A stretch of DNA of 64,000 nt from a virus. The DNA is taken from IMG/VR virus record IMGVR_UViG_3300032241_000811, positions 45,581 through 109,580 of that record. One strand, given 5' to 3'. Both the position numbers and the translations under genes were made by a program. Of the stretch, positions 19,229 through 27,686 are shown one piece after another (the first letter of the stretch is position 1; each line of letters opens with the position of its first letter). Under the pieces are notes generated by a model. The model saw nothing but the letters and a program-made list of their open reading frames with translations. It was not told the DNA's origin and ran no database searches.

Positions 19229-20159
19229 ACTCACAATCAACCATCATCTCAGTCAGCATAGCTACAAGATTTATCTCTTGGTCAGCAACAAAAGCTGACT
19301 GGTACTGATACTTTGATATGATAACCACAGCTTGAGGAATGCTTTGCGGCTTGATGTATTCAGCAAGACTGTCATAGATTTTTCTGAATATGCTTGATGC
19401 ATCAATGTCCGAGTTTGTGGTTACCCACTTCCTCATCTCATTAAAGTTCTTATCCTTCAAGGATGAAACCAACTCAGCAAGCTTCTTCACATCAGACAAC
19501 TGAGCAACAGTGCTTGCATCAATGGTTCCAGAAACGCTGAACCGCTGCAACTCATTTATGGTTCTGCGATAGTCGGGAAAATACTTCTCAACAATCTTGG
19601 CCAGAGAAGCCTTATCATAGGTTATCTTCTCTTCTTTGAGAATAGACTGAAGCCTTTTGAATAGCTGAGTAGCCATCTCTTTCTTCTCATCGTTCTTGAG
19701 CGAGAACTCCAGAACAGTGCAACGAGAGTGTAGAGCATCAATCAGGCGAGACTTGAAGTTGCAGGTAAAGATGAATGTGCAGTTATCTGCAAACTCCTCA
19801 ATGACACCGCGCAGGCCTGCTTGAGCATCTGGTGTAAGATGGTCTGCTTCGTCTAGGATGATCACCTTCTTGCCTCCAGTAAGAGATACTGTAGAAGCAT
19901 AGCCAATGATCTTGGTGCGCAGCGTGTCAATACCACGCTCTTCCGAAGAGTTGATAAACAGATAGTTGACACCAATCTCCTCACACATGGCCAGTGCAAT
20001 GGTTGTCTTACCGACACCAGCAGAGCCAGTGAGCATGAGATTTGGAATCTCTTTTCTGTTTACATATTCTTGGAAAGGCTGCTTGAGACGCTCAGGCAGA
20101 ATACAGTCATTTACTGTTGTCGGGCGGTAACGCTCCACCCAGAGGAAGGATTTTTTCAT
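19221..20159 (-). CDS. 44: Clamp loader AAA+ subunit gp44
   Basis: WVERYRP, GSAGVGKT, ILDEAD, LHSRC. Confidence 0.97.
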   Translation of the reverse strand: MKKSFLWVERYRPTTVNDCILPERLKQPFQEYVNRKEIPNLMLTGSAGVGKTTIALAMCEEIGVNYLFINSSEERGIDTLRTKIIGYASTVSLTGGKKVIILDEADHLTPDAQAGLRGVIEEFADNCTFIFTCNFKSRLIDALHSRCTVLEFSLKNDEKKEMATQLFKRLQSILKEEKITYDKASLAKIVEKYFPDYRRTINELQRFSVSGTIDASTVAQLSDVKKLAELVSSLKDKNFNEMRKWVTTNSDIDASSIFRKIYDSLAEYIKPQSIPQAVVIISKYQYQSAFVADQEINLVAMLTEMMVDCEYV

Positions 20160-20361
20160 CTATATCATCCGTCATTTGTTGAAATAATGTCTTGGCACCT
20201 TTGCCACCCAAGTTCTGCATGTATATGCGCAGAGCAGTGGTTGTCATAATAGATGCCAATAGTAGCAGATCATTCTGATTATCGCACATCATGATCTGTC
20301 TGTCAATAGGCCGCATGAGTTCCATCATACGGACTATTTGCTTTTCTTTATCTGGCGGCAT
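20107..20361 (-). CDS. Hypothetical protein
   Basis: 84 aa between gp45 and gp44. Confidence 0.55.
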   Translation of the reverse strand: MPPDKEKQIVRMMELMRPIDRQIMMCDNQNDLLLLASIMTTTALRIYMQNLGGKGAKTLFQQMTDDIDEKILPLGGALPPDNSK

Positions 20362-20867
20362 TATTTCTTTACTCCCTTTCGGGTGTTGAAACGAGACTTC
20401 ATAAGATGGGCCACCGTCTCATCAATATAATCCAAATCAAAGCGCAACTCACCTCTATAAGGTAGTTCTGATAGTTTTAGATTCTTGAAATAAAGGTTCT
20501 TTGGTTTGATTCCCATAAGTCTTGCTTTCTTGGCAGCAGGATGATCTTCATCATGTCTGGAGAAACCCAACAAAAGTTCTTTACCAAATCGATATAATCG
20601 ATGTGACACAGATGAAAAACTCAATCCTACATACAAGCATTCCATTTTGTTGCCTTTGGACTTTTGAAAGATGGCATATAGACCAGGTTCATCAAAATTT
20701 ACTTGTTTGATGTAGTTTTTATTTTCATCCATGATAAACAGAGATACTTCTCTACCTTTTGTCAAGTATTCCAAACTATAGAACTGCTTCTTGGCTCCTT
20801 TGGTTATCAAAGTTCGAGCATAGTCCCACTTATCTACATACTCTTTACCGTAAAGGTCGATAGCCAT
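20361..20867 (-). CDS. GIY-YIG-like nuclease
   Basis: GLYAIF...LYVG...HRL, later E and FN residues. Confidence 0.6.
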   Translation of the reverse strand: MAIDLYGKEYVDKWDYARTLITKGAKKQFYSLEYLTKGREVSLFIMDENKNYIKQVNFDEPGLYAIFQKSKGNKMECLYVGLSFSSVSHRLYRFGKELLLGFSRHDEDHPAAKKARLMGIKPKNLYFKNLKLSELPYRGELRFDLDYIDETVAHLMKSRFNTRKGVKK

Positions 20868-21152
20868 TTACTTCATGACTCCATCATAGAACTCTTCAAA
20901 GCGGCGGTTGTCTTCCTGCTCTTGGTTGTAGTTGGCCTTGAAATAGACCTTTGCCATACGGCGAATGGTTTTCTTATCAACGCCAGTTCCAGAAGATGCT
21001 GTCTCCAAAGCTTCTTTCTGAAAGTCTCTCTCAGCAGCAGTACGAGTCATACTGTCATTCAAGGACTTGATTGCATTCCGCAACTTATCCTTTTGCTCTG
21101 AGGTGAGTGAGTTGATGCTAACGTAGTTTTGGTTGTGACCGATGCCTGACAT
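20868..21152 (-). CDS. DsbA-like double-stranded DNA-binding protein
   Basis: Helical KLRNAIK...VDKKTIRRMAKVY...FEEFY pattern; start likely ATG 21152. Confidence 0.7.
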   Translation of the reverse strand: MSGIGHNQNYVSINSLTSEQKDKLRNAIKSLNDSMTRTAAERDFQKEALETASSGTGVDKKTIRRMAKVYFKANYNQEQEDNRRFEEFYDGVMK

Positions 21153-21153
21153 A

Positions 21154-21807
21154 TTATTTCGTTTCCAATGCAATAAAGTATTTCAGCTTCTTGTTCTTTG
21201 CAGTTAACTTTGCAAACCCATCAATCTGGATTTCAACATCATAATCATCTGGGATAAGCTTGAGGTTTTCTGTCTTGAATGATACGGTGAAGTCCTTGCT
21301 TTGCGTATCAACAATCTTGATTGAAGCAAAATTGGAAGTATCATTAGCCTTTTCATGCGTCTGCAAATAGATGCCATCAGACTTGCCAATGACAGTGATG
21401 TTGGGCAAGCTGTTAAGTGCAGCAATCTTGAGAAGCTTTTGCAGATTGGCATTTGTCAGAACAAACTGGACATCAACAGACTTCATGACAAGCGCCTTTT
21501 CTGGCGGTGATATGATCGTACTTGGAGACGAGCCAAAATAATTGAGGCTCAACTCACCGTCATTGATAACAACCTTGATTGCATCAAATGTCAGGTCAGG
21601 ATTGTCTAGTGTGGACACATTCCCCAAGAACTGATTCAGGTCATAGATTCCAAAAGAGTTGGGAATGCTTTCGTCAAGTTCTGCTTCAACCAGAATAGAC
21701 TTTTCTGGAGAGATTGTCTTTTGCACATTACCGATATGCAAAACAATTCCAGAGTTGATTGCTGCAAAGTTCTTCAAGATTGAAAGAGTATTTTCGCTAA
21801 GTTTCAT
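21154..21807 (-). CDS. 45: Sliding clamp gp45
   Basis: MKLSENTLSILKNFAAIN, FGIYDLNQFL, YFIALE. Confidence 0.96.
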   Translation of the reverse strand: MKLSENTLSILKNFAAINSGIVLHIGNVQKTISPEKSILVEAELDESIPNSFGIYDLNQFLGNVSTLDNPDLTFDAIKVVINDGELSLNYFGSSPSTIISPPEKALVMKSVDVQFVLTNANLQKLLKIAALNSLPNITVIGKSDGIYLQTHEKANDTSNFASIKIVDTQSKDFTVSFKTENLKLIPDDYDVEIQIDGFAKLTAKNKKLKYFIALETK

Positions 21808-21827
21808 GATATAAAGTTCCTTGTGTT

Positions 21828-22499
21828 TCAGTTTAGATTAGGTATTGTATCACATCTGCCCGGGCCTGTAAAGACTTTTAAGCATTGCTTTATGTCTCCA
21901 CCAAGCATTTCTATCGTTCCTTGATTGAAAAACTCATAGTTCACTGGTTGCCCAATCCAAGCCCATTCGGAATAATGGACATGAGGGTACAATCTTGCCA
22001 TTGCGCTATCTTCATGCTCATCTGCAAGTTCATCTGAAGTGTTCTCAGCAAGCGCAGTTGAATACCATTCTGGATCAGCACCTCTGGTTACACGAACCAC
22101 AAAGCCGCCCATATTCTTGATTGCTTCAATTTCATTTGGAAAACGCACATCAGCAATGACTACATTGTTATACATTCCAATCTTGCGTTCAAGGGAATAT
22201 ATCCAGATGTTGGGGTGAAGCCCATCGCGCATGGCCTCAGTTCCCATGAGTTGCAGGGCCAGGCGCGGTGTAAAGTCTCTGCCAAGCTTATCTGACCACC
22301 ATTCGTCTTTGGTCTCTCTAAACTCTCGGCTCTCTGCTGTATCGCCTTCTAGAAGGTTCCTCTGCCATCCGAAGATAGCAGAGATTGCGTCCTTGAGTGA
22401 ATCAGCAAAAGATAGCTTGGTAAAGCCATGATTCTTGACAAGCAGATCAGCAAAGGTTCCTTTACCACTGTTGATAAAACCTAATATACCAATGATCAT
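21828..22499 (-). CDS. 1: Deoxynucleoside monophosphate kinase (gp1-like)
   Basis: GFINSGKGT, SFADSLK, PRLALQLMGTE, DVRFPNE. Confidence 0.93.
   Translation of the reverse strand: MIIGILGFINSGKGTFADLLVKNHGFTKLSFADSLKDAISAIFGWQRNLLEGDTAESREFRETKDEWWSDKLGRDFTPRLALQLMGTEAMRDGLHPNIWIYSLERKIGMYNNVVIADVRFPNEIEAIKNMGGFVVRVTRGADPEWYSTALAENTSDELADEHEDSAMARLYPHVHYSEWAWIGQPVNYEFFNQGTIEMLGGDIKQCLKVFTGPGRCDTIPNLN
21844..21872 (-). promoter_or_regulatory. Sigma70-type promoter TTTACA-N17-TACAAT (gp45)
   Basis: 17-bp spacer containing GCCCGGGC; within 3' end of dNMP kinase. Confidence 0.55.
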
Positions 22500-22501
22500 G
22501 A

Positions 22502-23404
22502 TCAGAGATTTCCAGTGTGATTGGCAATAGAAGGTAGATTACCAGTAAAGGCAAATGTACCAATGTGTTGTGTCTTCATCCATGGGCAAAGCCAAATCTG
22601 AAAGCCGATCTTTCGTGCATACTGACAGAACATATAATCTTCTGACAGATACCGATGTGATGCAGTCTTTTCCGCTTCAAGAAGATTGGCAAAGTCTTGC
22701 TTGACATTTTCACCAGCAGCAGCACGAGTCATCAGGCGATACACATCATCAAATGTATAGCCATTGTCAATGACAGTCTCAAAGTATGCATGAATATAGC
22801 GAGAGCCGTCAAAGTTTGCTTGCCCAACATGGTCTGGCTTGTAGTTCAGCTTAGGATATGCTTCCCGGAATTTTTCAAACACCTGGCGCTTGACCATCAT
22901 GAAACCAGTACCGATTTCCATGACTTCAAGTGGCTCAGTAACCTTGAACTGTTTGGTTCCAGGAACTGGATTGAATACATAGTCACCAACAAGCCCATCA
23001 AGTTCTCCTGGTGAGATGGCAGGGTTGCGCACCATTGCTGTAGCGATGTTACGCCAGTTGATTGACTTCTTTGGATATGGTGCACCAATGATGTCCTTGT
23101 CAAGGGCGATCAAGGCTAATACATCGTTGGGGTCAAAATGAATGTCTGAGTCGATAAAGAGAAGATGAGTAAACCCAGAGCGGAGAAACTCATCAACAAG
23201 ATAGTTTCGTGCGCGGGTAATCAGGGATTCATTGAAAAGAAACGAGAAGCGGATATCAATACCGTTCTGTATGCACATGCCTTGCAAGTCAAGGCACGAT
23301 TTCATATAGAGGCCTGCATTCTGCCCACCATATTGTGGTGTACAGACAAACAGTTTTGCCTTTCTTAGGTCTTCAAGGGATATTTTTAGTTCCATATTAT
23401 TCAC
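22502..23404 (-). CDS. GT-A fold glycosyltransferase-like protein
   Basis: ESLITRARN, FIDSDI, IGTGFM, LSEDYMFC. Confidence 0.8.
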   Translation of the reverse strand: MNNMELKISLEDLRKAKLFVCTPQYGGQNAGLYMKSCLDLQGMCIQNGIDIRFSFLFNESLITRARNYLVDEFLRSGFTHLLFIDSDIHFDPNDVLALIALDKDIIGAPYPKKSINWRNIATAMVRNPAISPGELDGLVGDYVFNPVPGTKQFKVTEPLEVMEIGTGFMMVKRQVFEKFREAYPKLNYKPDHVGQANFDGSRYIHAYFETVIDNGYTFDDVYRLMTRAAAGENVKQDFANLLEAEKTASHRYLSEDYMFCQYARKIGFQIWLCPWMKTQHIGTFAFTGNLPSIANHTGNL

Positions 23405-23419
23405 TCCTTACATGATAAC

Positions 23420-23467
23420 AAAAAGGGACGCTATAGTATATATAGCATCCCTTTTCAAGGTTGTCAA
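23420..23467 (-). promoter_or_regulatory. Overlapping terminator-like hairpin and sigma70 promoter TTGACA-N17-TATATA
   Basis: AAAAGGGA.GCTATA / TATAGC.TCCCTTTT stem with T-run; -35 at 23462-23467, -10 at 23439-23444. Confidence 0.7.
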
Positions 23468-23476
23468 GAATTATTT

Positions 23477-23689
23477 TTATGAGGCAATACGATAATACAT
23501 CTTGCGCTCACCGTTTACCATACGGTAGTTGCTATAGATGTTATGCCCTTCGTTTACGCGCAGATCATACACACGCTTGTAAACAGACTCCTTGGGTGCG
23601 CCGGTCAGCCTAGCAATCTTAGCAGCGGTGATACCAACACCGCGGTTATTGGAACGCAAAACCTTAGCAACCTTAGACAACTGTGACAT
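23477..23689 (-). CDS. Small winged-helix DNA-binding protein
   Basis: ITAAKIARLTG..KESVYKRVYDLR helix-turn-helix plus wing; start likely ATG 23689 after GGAG. Confidence 0.7.
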   Translation of the reverse strand: MSQLSKVAKVLRSNNRGVGITAAKIARLTGAPKESVYKRVYDLRVNEGHNIYSNYRMVNGERKMYYRIAS

Positions 23690-23713
23690 ATTATATAACT
23701 CCATTATAAAAAA

Positions 23714-23774
23714 TAAACCGCTTCCATTTAGGACAGCGACAACAAGCGCGGTTTACATTACCTGTTGTCACTGT
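23714..23774 (-). ncRNA. Putative H-type pseudoknot in 5' leader
   Basis: 12-bp and 8-bp interleaved complementary segments immediately after promoter. Confidence 0.55.
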
Positions 23775-23783
23775 ATAACGCAT

Positions 23784-23812
23784 ATATTACACTAAGGATG
23801 GCTTAGTGCCAA
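23784..23812 (-). promoter_or_regulatory. Sigma70-type promoter TTGGCA-N17-TAATAT
   Basis: 17-bp spacer with CACTAAG/CTTAGTG dyad. Confidence 0.6.
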
Positions 23813-23823
23813 GCCTTTTTTTA

Positions 23824-25059
23824 TTAGAACGCAACTTCCGTATTGTCAATCGCAGGAGCAGCAGCCGGCTGCGGATTGAGTGTTTCATCAAGCTTGAGGT
23901 AGAGTTCCATGAAGTTGTTCTTGGTATCCACATCAAAGCGGTTCAAGCACAAGCGAATTGCCTTTTCACGATCCTTACCGAAGATGCTATAGGCTTCAGC
24001 GATATGGACAAGACGGCGGGTAGAGATGATATCCGACACAGCGCCTTCATAGAAGGACTTGCGGATCATATCAGCCCAGACAACCAGCTTTTCAGCAAAG
24101 GACGAATCCTCCACACCAGCATTGTTGAGAACATTGTTGATGATCTTGGTCTCAGACTTGATCGGAGGATATTCTTGTTCAAACGTGATTGAGAAACGCT
24201 CAAGAAAAGCTTCGTTCATCACGTTGGTACCGATAAAGCGGCCGTCATCTGAACCCTTGCCCTTGGTGTTAGCTGTAGCAAGGATGTTGAAGCCAGGAGC
24301 AGGGGCGATCACGCGGTTGATCTTCTTGAGATAGATCGGCTTGCCTTCAAGCACAGGCTGCAAGCACATCAGCTTGGCATCACCTAAGTCAACTTCATCA
24401 AGCAACAGTACAGCGCCGCGCTCCATTGCAACAACCACAGGGCCATTCTGCCAGACGGTCTTGCCGTCAATAAGGCGAAAGCCACCCATCAAGTCATCTT
24501 CATCGGTCTCCTTGGTGATGTTAGCACGGACAAGTTCGCGGTTTTCAGAAGCGCAAATCTGCTCAATCATCATTGTTTTACCGTTACCGGAAAGGCCAGT
24601 CACATAAGTCGGATAGAACCGCTTTGACTTGATAATGGAACGAACGTCATTGAAGTGCCCGAAAGGAACATAACCAGTTGCCTTTGAAGGAACAAGATTG
24701 ACAGTAGCAGCAGGAGCCGCAGGTGAAGCAACAGCAGCAGCCATCTGCAATTCATCGGCATTAGCCACAGGGATAGACTGGTTCGACACAGGCACGACCG
24801 AAGCAATCTCAGCAGCAGGCATAGCATTGGAACGCTTCTGGCGCTTTACAGCAGGTACAGCAATAGAAACACCCTTGACATCACCCAGCGCATACACACC
24901 GCGACCAATACGGGTCGAAGGGTCGTTCACAAGCCAAGCAGGCCACTTGACATTGTGCTTGCCGCACACATCAACAATTTGCTGGCGAGACAGGCTGGGT
25001 ACATCGCCAAATTCCTTGTTTACCGCAGCGAGAAAGTCAGAGCGGGAAGAGGTCGTCAT
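23824..25059 (-). CDS. MoxR/CbbQ/CobS-like AAA+ ATPase
   Basis: GLSGNGKT, LLLDEVD, ATANTKG, AFLERF, ISTRRL. Confidence 0.92.
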   Translation of the reverse strand: MTTSSRSDFLAAVNKEFGDVPSLSRQQIVDVCGKHNVKWPAWLVNDPSTRIGRGVYALGDVKGVSIAVPAVKRQKRSNAMPAAEIASVVPVSNQSIPVANADELQMAAAVASPAAPAATVNLVPSKATGYVPFGHFNDVRSIIKSKRFYPTYVTGLSGNGKTMMIEQICASENRELVRANITKETDEDDLMGGFRLIDGKTVWQNGPVVVAMERGAVLLLDEVDLGDAKLMCLQPVLEGKPIYLKKINRVIAPAPGFNILATANTKGKGSDDGRFIGTNVMNEAFLERFSITFEQEYPPIKSETKIINNVLNNAGVEDSSFAEKLVVWADMIRKSFYEGAVSDIISTRRLVHIAEAYSIFGKDREKAIRLCLNRFDVDTKNNFMELYLKLDETLNPQPAAAPAIDNTEVAF

Positions 25060-25089
25060 AGTGTATCATTTCCTTTCGATTATGGAATA

Positions 25090-25118
25090 ATTATAGCATA
25101 GTTTATCTGGAATGTCAA
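25090..25118 (-). promoter_or_regulatory. Consensus sigma70 promoter TTGACA-N17-TATAAT
   Basis: Perfect hexamers, 17-bp spacer. Confidence 0.85.
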
Positions 25119-27418
25119 GCAGCAATTAGCTTGATAAACCGTTGTAATAACACGCGATTTACAGTCTTTTTTTCACAATGTTCCAAGAACATCTTGGCCA
25201 TCTTGTTTTTAGTCATGGTGGAATTGATTTCCAGTGGCTTGTTTACAATGTTCAAAGTCTTGGAATTGATTACATAGTTTTCATCATAGCCAGCACTGGT
25301 AACGGCAAGAAAGCCATTGTCAAGCCAAAGTTTCCGTTGCTTTTCAAAAAAAGCATCATCATAGTTCATATTGTTCCGATAAGCATCATTAAAAACAAAC
25401 TTGAAGTTTTTAGAACTTTCAAGGAAGAAACCAACAAGATTGGTACCAGTCCGATCCTTGAGGATTTTCAGCAAAGTCGGAGTCATCACACGATGGCTAA
25501 TTGTAATTGGAATATCTTCCTTGTAGTATGACGAATGACTTATATATGCTTTTTGATGCCCAATTTCATATGTCTTTTTAGTCACATCATCGGTGATGTG
25601 GAACTTGCGGTACTTTACGTCAGGGTTTGTATTAGATTTGTGGCCAAAAACATTTTGGTTGCCGTCACTGTTACCGTCAGTCAAGAAGATGGTATTGACA
25701 ATCTGGACTTTGCTACGCGCCTGGAAAGCCTTGATAACAAGTTCTGAAGCAAGAATAGCTTCATTCAAAGGCGTGGAGCCCATGCTTTCAGTATGCCAAA
25801 TCTGGCCGCTGGCAAAACACCAGATGTAATACATAGCCTTGTTGAAGTCGGCAAGGTTCATGCGAGAGGACAATAAATTGCGCAAGCGGAAAGTGGACAT
25901 TTCAATATCGCCATCTTTATGCGACCAGCACGGACCTTCCTTGTCATAATTGTCATGTGTAGTGCCATTCTTGAAAGAATAGACTTCAAAAGGAATGTTC
26001 ACACGTTTACAGAACCAGACAAGCGAGAATAGTTGCTTGATGGTGTTTTTCAGACAAGTATCCATTGAACCAGACCAGTCAATAATCATGACAAAGCCAT
26101 GAGACTTGCCAGAGGCAATCATTGCATTGCGCTTGAACAAGTCATCATTATAGCGGTATGAATGAAGCTTGTTGGTGTCAATCACACCAGTTTTGGAAAC
26201 AGAGGTGCGTGAGTATTCGTCAGCAGCCTTGCGCATCTCAAATTCCTTGACCATAAAGGAAATGGCTGCATTCTCAGAAGACTTGAAGTTATTCAATTCA
26301 GTCCGCACGGCATCAAACCATGCAGGCTTGCTTTGATACTTCATGCGGAAGTCACCGTCAATAGCAGCTAGGACTTGCTTATAATCAACAAGGATTGTAC
26401 CAAGATTTGCATGGGGCAAAGTTGCGTAGATGTACTCAGTTTCTGGATTTGCAATCAGGTCAGCCTGCTTTTCCTGCCAAGCTTGTTCAGTCTTGGGAGC
26501 ATCGGGTTCAGGCTTTGCAAAAGTGCCTTCGCCGCCGTCATGATCTCCAGCCTGCTTCTTATCAGAGGAATCATCTTCGCCGGCATCTTCAGGCTTTTCA
26601 GGCTTTTCACCTTCATCACCGGCGCCAGGCGAGTCATCTTCGCCAGCATCATCGGAAGCATCAGCATCGGATGATTCCTCGCCGTCAGAGTCATCATCAT
26701 TTTCCTCTTCTTCCTGATCATCAAAGTCATAATCGGAATCGGAAGAGGACGAATCAGTCTCATATTCCTCATCATCATCATCGGATGAAAAGTCATCAAG
26801 GTTTTGACTGAGGGATTGCTGTTCCTGTTTTTGTTCTTTAGCGTAGGCGTAAATTTCTTCGGTCAGCGCAAGGACTTCATCAAAGGTCTCAGCCGTTTCA
26901 ATACGCTTGACAAAGGCGCGTTCCACAGGGGTGTTGAAATTGACGCCAGACATTGCGCCAGCCTTGAAATGAATATTGACGCGGTCGATGAAAGTCAAAC
27001 CGTTCACATCGGTGTTGACAGTGCCTAAGAAGTTCTTTTCAAGGAGTTCATTATAACCCTTGATATAGTTGCGGCGTGCGCCAGGGAAGCGGCGCTTTTG
27101 GCGCTTGTCAATACGGGCATCTTCAATAATATTGAGGAAGCCCTTGAGGGATTGAATATTGCCGTTTAGGCGCTTGTTCATATCAATCAGCTTTGCTGGA
27201 AAGTCAGCGGGTGTGTCAAGAGCATGGCCAACTTCATGGACGATCATCATATCGTAAAGGTCGCTGGACATTTCACGCCAGACAGGTAGAATAAGCACTC
27301 GCTTTGCAACATCAAAGGAAGCGGTCTTGGCACCGTGCTGGTGCTGCACTATAATGTTTTCAGTGGCTAGCAGCTTGGCTAGCAGGGACTTTTGGTTGTT
27401 ATTGGTTACTTGTTCCAT
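25115..27418 (-). CDS. HEXXH metallopeptidase-like domain + acidic linker + vWA domain (CobT-like)
   Basis: HEVGH, NIIEDARI, D/E-rich linker, DWSGS MIDAS, STP, LTDG; start likely ATG 27418. Confidence 0.88.
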   Translation of the reverse strand: MEQVTNNNQKSLLAKLLATENIIVQHQHGAKTASFDVAKRVLILPVWREMSSDLYDMMIVHEVGHALDTPADFPAKLIDMNKRLNGNIQSLKGFLNIIEDARIDKRQKRRFPGARRNYIKGYNELLEKNFLGTVNTDVNGLTFIDRVNIHFKAGAMSGVNFNTPVERAFVKRIETAETFDEVLALTEEIYAYAKEQKQEQQSLSQNLDDFSSDDDDEEYETDSSSSDSDYDFDDQEEEENDDDSDGEESSDADASDDAGEDDSPGAGDEGEKPEKPEDAGEDDSSDKKQAGDHDGGEGTFAKPEPDAPKTEQAWQEKQADLIANPETEYIYATLPHANLGTILVDYKQVLAAIDGDFRMKYQSKPAWFDAVRTELNNFKSSENAAISFMVKEFEMRKAADEYSRTSVSKTGVIDTNKLHSYRYNDDLFKRNAMIASGKSHGFVMIIDWSGSMDTCLKNTIKQLFSLVWFCKRVNIPFEVYSFKNGTTHDNYDKEGPCWSHKDGDIEMSTFRLRNLLSSRMNLADFNKAMYYIWCFASGQIWHTESMGSTPLNEAILASELVIKAFQARSKVQIVNTIFLTDGNSDGNQNVFGHKSNTNPDVKYRKFHITDDVTKKTYEIGHQKAYISHSSYYKEDIPITISHRVMTPTLLKILKDRTGTNLVGFFLESSKNFKFVFNDAYRNNMNYDDAFFEKQRKLWLDNGFLAVTSAGYDENYVINSKTLNIVNKPLEINSTMTKNKMAKMFLEHCEKKTVNRVLLQRFIKLIAA

Positions 27419-27444
27419 ATGACCGTTCTCTTGATTTATGCTTA

Positions 27445-27473
27445 CTTTTAGCACGGCTGGACATGCTTTGCAA
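27445..27473 (-). promoter_or_regulatory. Sigma70-type promoter TTGCAA-N17-TAAAAG
   Basis: 17-bp spacer, TGC before -10 as in other promoters here. Confidence 0.55.
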
Positions 27474-27477
27474 TAGA

Positions 27478-27506
27478 TAAAAGCGCATAACAGGTATGCG
27501 CTTTTT
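27478..27506. terminator. Bidirectional-looking hairpin AAAAGCGCATA/TATGCGCTTTT
   Basis: 11-bp perfect inverted repeat with T-runs. Confidence 0.6.
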
Positions 27507-27517
27507 GCAGAGGTGTG

Positions 27518-27559
27518 TAAGTCATTGATTTCCTTGACTATTTTACCAAGTCATTGATT
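27518..27559. repeat. Two direct copies of AAGTCATTGATTT matching IHF consensus WATCAANNNNTTR
   Basis: 27518-27530 and 27547-27559. Confidence 0.6.
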
Positions 27560-27606
27560 TGTCAGGGTTTTCTGTAAAGATATAAGTTGTATTGACTAAA
27601 AAGAAC

Positions 27607-27675
27607 ACTAAATAGTTGTAGGTCGCGGATAGCAGTCCCACCTACTCTAATGCAGAAAGGAGTGCCGCTATTAGA
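27607..27675 (+). other. Plus-strand late-promoter variant followed by two hairpins and an SD without a matching ORF
   Basis: ACTAAATA, GTAGGT/ACCTAC stem, TCTAAT/ATTAGA stem enclosing AAAGGAG. Confidence 0.45.
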
Positions 27676-27686
27676 TATCAAAATAA

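Noticed and set aside
23824-27418. Cobalamin biosynthesis (CobS/CobT) as auxiliary metabolism
   Set aside because: No CobN or other cob genes here; HEXXH domain points to a generic MoxR-vWA system
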